The position numbers and the translations under genes were made by a program. The notes under the pieces are model-generated. The model saw only the letters and a list, made by a program, of their open reading frames with translations, did no database searches and was not told the origin of the DNA. Positions 48,001-58,600 of a stretch of DNA of 64,000 nt are shown piece after piece (positions within the stretch are counted from its first letter, which is position 1; each line of letters begins with the position of its first letter). Source of the stretch: Eledone cirrhosa (taxonomy: Eukaryota); NCBI GenBank assembly GCA_964016885.1, contig OZ024743.1:140368001-140432000 (forward strand), read 5' to 3'.

Positions 48001-51000
48001 GGTGTTTGGTGCTTGGTGCTTGGTGTTTGGTGCCTGGTGCTTGGTGCTTGGTGTTTGGTGTTTGGTGTTAGGTGCTTGATGCTTGGTGTTTGGTGCTTGG
48101 TGCTGGGTGGTTGGTGTTTAGTGCTTGGTGTTTGGTGCTGGGTGCTTGGTGTTTGGTGCTTGGTGCTTGGTCTTTGGTGCTTGGTGTTTGGTGTTTGGTG
48201 CTTGGTGCTTGGTGCTTGGTGTTTGGTGCTTGGTGCTTGGTGTTTGGTGCTTGGTGCTTAGTGTTTGGTGCTTGGTGCTTAGTGTTTGGTGCTAGGTGCT
48301 TGGTGTTTGGTGCTTGGTGCTTGGTGTTTGGTGCCTGGTGCTTGGTGTTTGGTGTTTGGTGTTTGGTGCTTGGTGCTTGGTGTTTGGTGTTTGCTGTTTG
48401 CTGTTTGTTGTTTGGTGTTTGCTGTTTGGTGTTTGGTGTTTGCTTTTTGGTGTTTGGTGTTTGCTGTATGTTGTTTGCTGTTTGGTGTTTGGTGTTTGGT
48501 GTTTCGTGCTTGGTGTTTGGTGCTTGGTGCTTGGTGTTTGGTGCCTGGTGCTTGGTGCTTGGTGCTTGGTGTTTGGTGTTTGGTGCTTGGTGCTTGGAGT
48601 TTGGTGTTTGGTGCTTGGTGCTTGGTGTTTCGTATTTCGTGTTTGGTTTTTGGTGCTTGGTGCTTGGTGCTTGGTCCTTGGTGTTTGGTGTTTGCTGCTT
48701 GGTGTTTGATGCTTGGTGCTTGGTGCTTGGTGTTTTGTGTTTGGTGCTTGGTGCTTGGTGTTTGGTGCTTGGTGCTTGGTACTTGGTGTTTGTACTTGGT
48801 GCTTGGTGTTTGGTTCTTGGTTCTTGGTGTTTGGTGTTTGGCGTTTGCTGTTTGGTGCTTGGTGCTTGGTGTTTGGTGCTTGGTGCTTGGTGTTTGGTGC
48901 CTGGTGCTTGGTGCTTGGTGTTTGGTGTTTGGTGCTTGGTGCTTCGTGCTTGGAGTTTGGTGTTTGGTGCATGGTGCTTTGTGTTTTGTGTTTGGTGTTT
49001 GGTTTTTGGTGCTTGGTGCTTGGTCCTTGGTGTTTGGTGCTGGGTGCTTTGTGTTTGGTGCTTGGTGCTTGGTGTTTGGTGTTTGCTGCTTGGTGTTTGA
49101 TGCTTGGTGCTTGGTGCTTGGTGTTTTGTGTTTGGTGCTTGGTTCTTGGTGTATGGTGCTTGGTGTTTGGTACTTGGTGTTTGTACTTGGTGCTTGGTGC
49201 TTGGTGTTTGGTTCTTGGTTCTTGGTGTTTGGTACTTGGTGTTTCGTGCTTGATGTTTGGTGTTTGGTGCTTGGTGTTTGGTGCTTGGTGCTTGGTGCTT
49301 GGTGTTAGGTGTTTGGTGCTTGGTCTTTGGTGTTTGGTGCTTGGTGTTTGGTGTTTGCTGTTTGGTGTTTGGTGTTTGGTGTTTTGTGTTTGCTGTTTGG
49401 TGTCTGCTTTTTGGTGTTCAGTGTTTGCTGTATGGTGTTTGGTGTTTGCTGTTTGGTGTTTGGTCTTTGGTGCTTGGTGTTTGGTGCTTGGTGCTTGGTG
49501 TTTGGTGTTTGGTGCTTGGTGCTTGGTGTTTGGTGTTTGGTGCTTGGTGTTTGGTGTTTGGTGCTTGGTGTCTGGTGCTTGGTGTTTGGTTTTTGGTGCT
49601 TGGTGTTTGGTGTTTGGTGTTTGGTGTTTGGTGCTTGGTGCTTGGTGTTTGGTGTTTGGTGCTTGGTGTCTGGTGCTTGGTGCTTGGTGCTTGGTGCTTG
49701 GTGTTTGGTGTTTGGTGCTTGGTGTTTGGTGCTTGGTGCTGGGTGGTTGGTGTTTGGTGCTTGGTGTTTGGTGCTGGGTGCTTGGTGTTTGGTGCTGGGT
49801 GCTTGGTGTTTGGTGCTTGGTGCTTGGTCTTTGGTGCTTGGTGCTTGGTGCTTGGTGCTTGGTGCTTGGTGCTTGGTGTTTGGTGCTTGGTGCTTGGTGT
49901 TTGGTGCTTGGTGCTTGGTGTTTGGTTTTTGGTGCTTGGTGCTTGGTGTTTGGTGTTTGGTGCTTGCTGCTGGCTGCTTGGTGTTTGATGCATGGTGATT
50001 GGTGCTTGGTGTTTGGTGCTTCGTGTTTGGTGTTTGATGCTTGGTGCTTGGTGCTTGGTGTTTGGTGCTTGGTGCTTGGTGTTTGGTGCTTGGTGCTTGG
50101 TGTTTGGTGCTTGGTGTTTGGTGCTTGGTGTTTGGTGCTTGGTGCTTGGTGCTTGGTGCTTGGTGTTTGGTGGTTGGTGCTTGGTGCTTGGTGTTAGGTG
50201 TTTGGTGCTTGGTGCTTGGTGTTTGGTGTTTGGTGCTTGGTGTTTGGTGTTTGGTGCTTGGTGTATGGTGCTTGGTACTTGGTGCTTGGTGCTTGGTGTT
50301 AGGTGTTTGGTGCTTGGTGCTTGGTGTCTGGTTTTTGGTGCTTGGTGCTTGGTGTTTGGTGTTTGGTGCTTGCTGCTGGCTGCTTGGTGTTTGGTGCTTG
50401 GTGATTGGTGCTTGGTGTTTGGTGCTTGGTGTTTGGTGTTTGGTGCTTGGTGATTGGTGTTTGTACTTGGTGCTTGGTGCTTGGTTCTTGGTGTTTGGTG
50501 CTTGGTGCTTGGTGTTTGGTGTTATATGCTTGGTGTTTGATGCTTGGTGCTTGGTGCTTGGTGTTTGGTGTTTGGTGTTTGATGCTTGGTGCTTGGTGTT
50601 TGGTGCTTGGTGCTTGGTGTTTGTACTTGGTGCTTGGTGCTTGGTGCTTGGTGTTTGGTGCTTGGTGCTTGGTGCTTGGTCCTTGGTGCTTGGTGTTTGG
50701 TGGTTGGTGTTTGGTGCTTGGTGTTAGGTGTTTGGTGCTTGGTGCTTGGTGTTTGGTGTTTGGTGCTTGGTGTTTGGTGTTTGGTGCTTGGTATTTGGTG
50801 CTTGGTACTTGGTGCTTGGTGCTTGGTGTTAGGTGTTTGGTGCTTGGTGTTTGGTGCTTGGTGTTTGGTGCTTGGTGCTTGGTGCTTGGTGCTTGGTGTT
50901 TGGTGGTTGGTGTTTGGTGCTTGGTGTTTGGTGCTTGGTGTTAGGTGTTTGGTGCTTGGTGCTTGGTGTTTGGTGTTTGGTGCTTGGTGTTTGGTGTTTG

Positions 51001-51173
51001 GTGCTTGGTGTTTGGTGCTTTTTGCTTGGTGCTTGGTGCTTGGTGTTTGGTGCTGGGTGCTTGGTGCTTGGTGTTTGGTGTTATATGCTTGGTGTTTGAT
51101 GCTTGGTGCTTGGTGCTTGGTGTTTGGTGTTTGGTGCTTGGTGTTTGATGCTTGGTGCTTGGTGCTTGGTGTT
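39005..51173 (+). repeat. 12.17 kb higher-order tandem duplication, copy II
   Basis: The junction resolves to 39005-39012. Differences from copy I that I spotted: G27074/C39242, T27800/C39968, and one monomer fewer in the C-type run at ~44400-44440. Confidence 0.95.
40019..50891 (+). repeat. 5430-bp tandem duplication, copies C (40019-45448) and D (45449-50891)
   Basis: ORF pairs 40200/45630, 41542/46972 and 42642/48072 are offset by 5430. These copies were inherited through the 12.17 kb duplication. Confidence 0.95.
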
Positions 51174-51309
51174 TGGTGCTTGGTGCTTGGTGTTTGGTGC
51201 TTGGTGCTTGGTGTTTGGTGCTTGGTGTTTGGTGCTTGGTGTTTGGTGCTTGGTGCTTGGTGCTTGGTGCTTGGTGTTTGGTGGTTGGTGCTTGGTGCTT
51301 GGTGTTAGG

Positions 51310-51850
51310 TGTTTGGTGCTTGGTGCTTGGTGTCTGGTTTTTGGTGCTTGGTGCTTGGTGTTTGGTGCTTGTTGCTGGCTGCTTGGTGTTTGGTGCTTGG
51401 TGATTGGTGCTTGGTGTTTGGTGCTTGGTGTTTGGTGTTTGGTGCTTGGTGTTTGTACTTGGTGTTTGGTGCTTGGTGTTTGGTGCTAGGTGCTTGGTGT
51501 TTGGTGCTTGGTGCTTGGTGTTTGGTGCCTGGTGCTTGGTGTTTGGTGTTTGGTGTTTGGTGCTTGGTGCTTGGTGTTTGGTGTTTGCTGTTTGCTGTTT
51601 GGTGTTTGTTGTTTGGTGTTTGGTGCTTGGTGCTTGGTGTCTGGTTTTTGGTGCTTGGTGCTTGGTGTTTGGTGCTTGTTGCTGGCTGCTTGGTGTTTGG
51701 TGCTTGGTGATTGGTGCTTGGTGTTTGGTGCTTGGTGTTTGGTGTTTGGTGCTTGGTGTTTGTACTTGGTGTTTGGTGCTTGGTGTTTGGTGCTAGGTGC
51801 TTGGTGTTTGGTGCTTGGTGCTTGGTGTTTGGTGCCTGGTGCTTGGTGTT
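51310..51850 (+). repeat. Local 307-bp-offset tandem duplication
   Basis: ORFs 51404/51711 are offset by 307 (44 monomers including one 6-bp unit). GCTTGTTGCTGGCTGC occurs at ~51367 and ~51674. Confidence 0.8.
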
Positions 51851-54800
51851 TCGTGCTTGGTGTTTGGTGCTTGGTGCTTGGTGTTTGGTGCCTGGTGCTT
51901 GGTGCTTGGTGCTTGGTGTTTGGTGTTTGGTGCTTGGTAATTGGAGTTTGGTGTTTGGTGCTTGGTGCTTGGTGTTTCGTGTTTCGTGTTTGGTTTTTGG
52001 TGCTTGGTGCTTGGTGCTTGGTCCTTGGTGTTTGGTGTTTGGTGCTTGGTGCTTGGTGTTTGGTGCTTGGTGCTTGGTGCCTGGTGTTTGTACTTGGTGC
52101 TTGGTGTTTGGTTCTTGGTTCTTGGTGTTTGGTGTTTGGCGTTTGCTGTTTGGTGCTTGCTGCTGGCTGCTTGGTGTTTGATGCATGGTGATTGGTGCTT
52201 GGTGTTTGGTGCTTCGTGTTTGGTGTTTGATGCTTGGTGCTTGGTGCTTGGTGTTTGGTGCTTGGTGCTTGGTGTTTGGTGCCTGGTGCTTGGTGCTTGG
52301 TGTTTGGTGTTTGGTGCTTGGTGCTTGGTGCTTGGAGTTTGGTGTTTGGTGCTTGGTGCTTTGTGTTTTGTGTTTGGTGTTTGGTTTTTGGTGCTTGGTG
52401 CTTGGTCCTTGGTGTTTGGTGCTGGGTGCTTTGTGTTTGGTGCTTGGTGCTTGGTGTTTGGTGTTTGCTGCTTGGTGTTTGATGCTTGGTGCTTGGTGCT
52501 TGGTGTTTTGTGTTTGGTGCTTGGTTCTTGGTGTATGGTGCTTGGTGCTTGGTACTTGGTGTTTGTACTTGGTGCTTGGTGCTTGGTGTTTGGTTCTTGG
52601 TTCTTGGTGTTTGGTACTTGGTGCTTCGTGCTTGATGTTTGGTGTTTGGTGCTTGGTGTTTGGTGCTTGGTGCTTGGTGCTTGGTGTTAGGTGTTTGGTG
52701 CTTGGTCTTTGGTGTTTGGTGCTTGGTGTTTGGTGTTTGCTGTTTGGTGTTTGGTGTTTGGTGTTTGGTGTTTGCTGTTTGGTGTCTGCTTTTTGGTGTT
52801 CAGTGTTTGCTGTATGGTGTTTGGTGTTTGCTGTTTGGTGTTTGGTCTTTGGTGCTTGGTGTTTGGTGCTTGGTGCTTGGTGTTTGGTGTTTGGTGCTTG
52901 GTGCTTGGTGTTTGGTGTTTGGTGCTTGGTGTTTGGTGTTTGGTGCTTGGTGTCTGGTGCTTGGTGTTTGGTTTTTGGTGCTTGGTGTTTGGTGTTTGGT
53001 GTTTGGTGTTTGGTGCTTGGTGCTTGGTGTTTGGTGTTTGGTGCTTGGTGTCTGGTGCTTGGTGCTTGGTGCTTGGTGCTTGGTGTTTGGTGTTTGGTGC
53101 TTGGTGTTTGGTGCTTGGTGCTGGGTGGTTGGTGTTTGGTGCTTGGTGTTTGGTGCTGGGTGCTTGGTGTTTGGTGCTGGGTGCTTGGTGTTTGGTGCTT
53201 GGTGCTTGGTCTTTGGTGCTTGGTGTTTGGTGCTTGGTGCTTGGTGCTTGGTGTTTGGTGCTTGGTGCTTGGTGTTTGGTGCTTGGTGCTTGGTGTTTGG
53301 TTTTTGGTGCTTGGTGCTTGGTGTTTGGTGTTTGGTGCTTGCTGCTGGCTGCTTGGTGTTTGATGCATGGTGATTGGTGCTTGGTGTTTGGTGCTTCGTG
53401 TTTGGTGTTTGATGCTTGGTGCTTGGTGCTTGGTGTTTGGTGCTTGGTGCTTGGTGTTTGGTGCTTGGTGCTTGGTGTTTGGTGCTTGGTGTTTGGTGCT
53501 TGGTGTTTGGTGCTTGGTGCTTGGTGCTTGGTGCTTGGTGTTTGGTGGTTGGTGCTTGGTGCTTGGTGTTAGGTGTTTGGTGCTTGGTGCTTGGTGTTTG
53601 GTGTTTGGTGCTTGGTGTTTGGTGTTTGGTGCTTGGTGTTTGGTGCTTGGTACTTGGTGCTTGGTGCTTGGTGTTAGGTGTTTGGTGCTTGGTGCTTGGT
53701 GTCTGGTTTTTGGTGCTTGGTGCTTGGTGTTTGGTGTTTGGTGCTTGCTGCTGGCTGCTTGGTGTTTGGTGCTTGGTGATTGGTGCTTGGTGTTTGGTGC
53801 TTGGTGTTTGGTGTTTGGTGCTTGGTGATTGGTGTTTGTACTTGGTGCTTGGTGCTTGGTTCTTGGTGTTTGGTGCTTGGTGCTTGGTGTTTGGTGTTAT
53901 ATGCTTGGTGTTTGATGCTTGGTGCTTGGTGCTTGGTGTTTGGTGTTTGGTGTTTGATGCTTGGTGCTTGGGGTTTGGTGCTTGGTGCTTGGTGTTTGTA
54001 CTTGGTGCTTGGTGCTTGGTGCTTGGTGTTTGGTGCTTGGTGCTTGGTGCTTGGTCCTTGGTGCTTGGTGTTTGGTGGTTGGTGTTTGGTGCTTGGTGTT
54101 AGGTGTTTGGTGCTTGGTGCTTGGTGTTTGGTGTTTGGTGCTTGGTGTTTGGTGTTTGGTGCTTGGTATTTGCTGCTTGGTACTTGGTGCTTGGTGCTTG
54201 GTGTTAGGTGTTTGGTGCTTGGTGTTTGGTGCTTGGTGTTTGGTGCTTGGTGCTTGGTGCTTGGTGCTTGGTGTTTGGTGGTTGGTGTTTGGTGCTTGGT
54301 GTTTGGTGTTATATGCTTGGTGTTTGATGCTTGGTGCTTGGTGCTTGGTGTTTGGAGTTTGGTGCTTGGTGTTTGATGCTTGGTGCTTGGTGCTTGGTGT
54401 TTGGTGCTTGGTGCTTGGTGTTTGGTGCTTGGTGCTTGGTGTTTGGTGCTTGGTGTTTGGTGCTTGGTGTTTGGTGCTTGGTGCTTGGTGCTTGGTGCTT
54501 GGTGTTTGGTGGTTGGTGCTTGGTGCTTGGTGTTAGGTGTTTGGTGCTTGGTGCTTGGTGTCTGGTTTTTGGTGCTTGGTGCTTGGTGTTTGGTGCTTGT
54601 TGCTGGCTGCTTGGTGTTTGGTGCTTGGTGATTGGTGCTTGGTGTTTGGTGCTTGGTGTTTGGTGTTTGGTGCTTGGTGTTTGTACTTGGTGTTTGGTGC
54701 TTGGTGTTTGGTGCTAGGTGCTTGGTGTTTGGTGCTTGGTGCTTGGTGTTTGGTGCCTGGTGCTTGGTGTTTGGTGTTTGGTGTTTGGTGCTTGGTGCTT

Positions 54801-54989
54801 GGTGTTTGGTGTTTGCTGTTTGCTGTTTGGTGTTTGTTGTTTGGTGTTTGTTGTTTGGTGTTTGCTGTCTGGTGTTTAGTGTTTGCTTTTTGGTGTTTGG
54901 TGTTTGATGTATGTTGTTTGGTGTTTGGTGTTTGGTGTTTGGTGTTTGGTGCTTGGTGCGTGGTGTTTGGTGCTTGGTGCTTGGTGTTT

Positions 54990-55650
54990 GGTGCATGGTG
55001 CTTGGTGTTTGGTGTTTGGTGCTTGGTGCTTGGAGTTTGGTGTTTGGTGCTTGGTGCTTGGTGTTTCGTGTTTCGTGTTTGGTGCTTGGTGCTTGGTGCT
55101 TGGTCCTTGGTGTTTGGTGCTGGGTGCATTGTGTTTGGTGCTTGGTGCTTGGTGCTTGGTGCTTGGTGTTTGGTGCTTGGTGCTTGGTGTTTGGTGCCTG
55201 GTGCTTGGTGTTTGGTGTTTGGTGCTTGGTGCTTGGAGTTTGGTGTTTGGTGCTTGGTGCTTGGTGTTTCGTGTTTCGTGGTTGGTGCTTGGTGCTTGGT
55301 GCTTGGTCCTTGGTGTTTGGTGCTGGGTGCATTGTGCTTGGTGTTTTGTGTTTGGTGCTTGGTGGTTGGTGCTTGGTGTTTGGTGCTTGGTGCTTGGTGC
55401 TTGGAGTTTTGTGTTTGGTGCTTGGTGCTTGGTGTTTGGTGCTTGGTGCTGGGTGGTTGGTGTTTGGTGCTTGGTGTTTGGTGCTGGGTGCTTGGTGTTT
55501 GGTGCTGGGTGCTTGGTGTTTGGTGCTTGGTGCTTGGTGTTTGGTGCTTGGTGCTGGGTGGTTGGTGTTTGGTGCTTGGTGTTTGGTGCTGGGTGCTTGG
55601 TGTTTGGTGCTGGGTGCTTGGTGTTTGGTGCTTGGTGCTTGGTCTTTGGT
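54990..55650 (+). repeat. Two adjacent local duplications of 203 bp and 105 bp
   Basis: TTGGAGT (A at 55034/55237) and GGGTGCATTGTG (55122/55325) are offset by 203. CTGGGTGGTTGG (55449/55554) is offset by 105. Confidence 0.8.
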
Positions 55651-58600
55651 GCTTGGTGTTTGGTGCTTGGTGCTTGGTGCTTGGTGTTTGGTGCTTGGTG
55701 CTTGGTGTTTGGTGCTTGGTGCTTGGTGTTTGGTTTTTGGTGCTTGGTGCTTGGTGTTTGGTGTTTGGTGCTTGCTGCTGGCTGCTTGGTGTTTGATGCA
55801 TGGTGATTGGTGCTTGGTGTTTGGTGCTTCGTGTTTGGTGTTTGATGCTTGGTGCTTGGTGCTTGGTGTTTGGTGCTTGGTGCTTGGTGCTTGGTGTTTG
55901 GTGTTTGGTGCTTGGTGTTTGATGCTTGGTGTTTGGTGCTTGGTGTTTGGTGCTTGGTGCTTGGTGTTTGGTGCTTGGTGCTTGGTGCCTGGTGTTTGGT
56001 GCTTGGTGTTTGGTGCTTGGTGTTTGGTGTCATATGCTTGGTGTTTGATGCTTGGTGCTTGGTGCTTGGTGTTTGGTGTTTGGTGCTTGGTGTTTGATGC
56101 TTGGTGCTTGGTGCTTGGTGTTTGGTGCTTGGTGCTTGGTGTCTGGTTTTTGGTGCTTGGTGCTTGATGTTTGGTGCTTGCTGCTGGCTGCTTGGTGTTT
56201 GGTGCTTGGTGATTGGTGCTTGGTGTTTGGTGTTTGGTGCTAGGTGCTTGGTGTTTGGTGCTTGGTGCTTGGTGTTTGTACTTGGTGCTTGGTGCTTGGT
56301 TCTTGGTGTTTGGTGCTTCGTGCTTGGTGTTTCGTGCTTGTTGTTTGGTGCTTGGTGTTTGGTGCTTGGTGCTTGGTGCTTGGTGCTTGGTGTTTGGTGG
56401 TTGGTGCTTGGTGCTTGGTGTTAGGTGTTTGGTGCTTGGTGCTTGGTGTTTGGTGTTTGGTGCTTGGTGTTTGGTGTTTGGTGCTTGGTGTTTGGTGCTT
56501 GGTACTTGGTGCTTGGTGCTTGGTGTTAGGTGTTTGGTGCTTGGTGCTTGGTGTCTGGTTTTTGGTGCTTGGTGCTTGGTGTTTGGTGTTTGGTGCTTGC
56601 TGCTGGCTGCTTGGTGTTTGGTGCTTGGTGATTGGTGCTTGGTGTTTGGTGCTTGGTGTTTGGTGTTTGGTGCTTGGTGATTGGTGTTTGTACTTGGTGC
56701 TTGGTGCTTGGTTCTTGGTGTTTGGTGCTTGGTGCTTGGTGTTTGGTGTTATATGCTTGGTGTTTGATGCTTGGTGCTTGGTGCTTGGTGTTTGGTGTTT
56801 GGTGTTTGATGCTTGGTGCTTGGTGTTTGGTGCTTGGTGCTTGGTGTTTGTACTTGGTGCTTGGTGCTTGGTGCCTGGTGTTTGGTGCTTGGTGCTTGGT
56901 GCTTGGTGCTTGGTCCTTGGTGCTTGGTGTTTGGTGGTTGGTGTTTGGTGCTTGGTGTTAGGTGTTTGGTGCTTGGTGCTTGGTGTTTGGTGTTTGGTGC
57001 TTGGTGTTTGGTGTTTGGTGCTTGGTGTTTGGTGCTTGGTACTTGGTGCTTGGTGCTTGGTGTTAGGTGTTTGGTGCTTGGTGTTTGGTGCTTGGTGTTT
57101 GGTGCTTGGTGCTTGGTGCTTGGTGCTTGGTGTTTGGTGGTTGGTGTTTGGTGCTTGGTGTTTGGTGCTTGGTGTTAGGTGTTTGGTGCTTGGTGCTTGG
57201 TGTTTGGTGTTTGGTGCTTGGTGTTTGGTGTTTGGTGCTTGGTGTTTGGTGCTTTTTGCTTGGTGCTTGGTGCTTGGTGTTTGGTGCTGGGTGCTTGGTG
57301 CTTGGTGTTTGGTGTCATATGCTTGGTGTTTGATGCTTGGTGCTTGGTGCTTGGTGTTTGGTGTTTGGTGCTTGGTGTTTGATGCTTGGTGCTTGGTGCT
57401 TGGTGTTTGGTGCTTGGTGCTTGGTGTTTGGTGCTTGGTGCTTCGTGTTTGGTGCTTGGTGTTTGGTGCTTGGTGCTTGGTGTTTGGTGGTTGGTGCTTG
57501 GTGCTTGGTGTTAGGTGTTTGGTGCTTGGTGCTTGGTGTCTGGTTTTTGGTGCTTGGTGCTTGGTGTTTGGTGCTTGTTGCTGGCTGCTTGGTGTTTGGT
57601 GCTTGGTGCTTGGTGTTTGGTGCCTGGTGCTTGGTGTTTGGTGTTTGGTGTTTGGTGCTTGGTGCTTGGTGTTTGGTGTTTGGTGTTTGCTGTTTGGTGT
57701 TTGTTGTTTGGTGTTTGTTGTTTGGTGTTTGCTGTTTGGTGTTTGGTGTTTGCTTTTTGGTGTTTGGTGTTTGATGTATGTTGTTTGCTGTTTGGTGTTT
57801 GGTGTTTGGTGTTTGGTGCTTGGTGCTTGGTGTTTGGTGCTTGGTGCTTGGTGTTTGGTGCCTGGTGCTTGGTGCATGGTGCTTGGTGTTTGGTGTTTGG
57901 TGCTTGGTGCTTGGAGTTTGGTGTTTGGTGCTTGGTGCTTGGTGTTTCGTGTTTCGTGTTTGGTTTTTGGTGCTTGGTGCTTGGTGCTTGGTCCTTGGTG
58001 TTTGGTGCAGGGTGCATTGTGTTTGGTGCTTGGCGCTTGGTGCTTGGTGTTTGGTGCTTGGTGCTTGGTGCTTGGTGTTTGTACTTGGTGCTTGGTGATT
58101 GGTGTTTGGTTCTTGGTTCTTGGTGTTTGGTGTTTGGCGTTTGGTGTTTGGTGCTTGGTGCTTGGTGTTTGGTGCTTGGTGCTTGGTGTTTGGTGCCTGG
58201 TGCTTGGTGCTTGGTGTTTGGTGTTTGGTGCTTGGTGCTTGGTGCTTGGAGTTTGGTGTTTGGTGCTTGGTGCTTTGTGTTTTGTGTTTGGTGTTTGGTT
58301 TTTGGTGCTTGGTGCTTGGTCCTTGGTGTTTGGTGCTGGGTGCTTTGTGTTTGGTGCTTGGTGCTTGGTGTTTGGTGTTTGCTGCTTGGTGTTTGATGCT
58401 TGGTGCTTGGTGCTTGGTGTTTTGTGTTTGGTGCTTGGTTCTTGGTGTTTGGTGCTTGGTGCTTGGTACTTGGTGTTTGTACTTGGTGCTTGGTGCTTGG
58501 TGTTTGGTTCTTGGTTCTTGGTGTTTGGTACTTGGTGCTTGGTGCTTGATGTTTGGTGTTTGGTGCTTGGTGTTTGGTGCTTGGTGCTTGGTGTTAGGTG

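Noticed and set aside
51305-53368. 687-aa minus-strand TKHQAPS/TKHQTPN ORF as a mucin-like or Pol II CTD-like heptad protein
   Set aside because: It is just the reverse translation of the satellite, has no non-repetitive flanks or third-position degeneracy, and does not match YSPTSPS.
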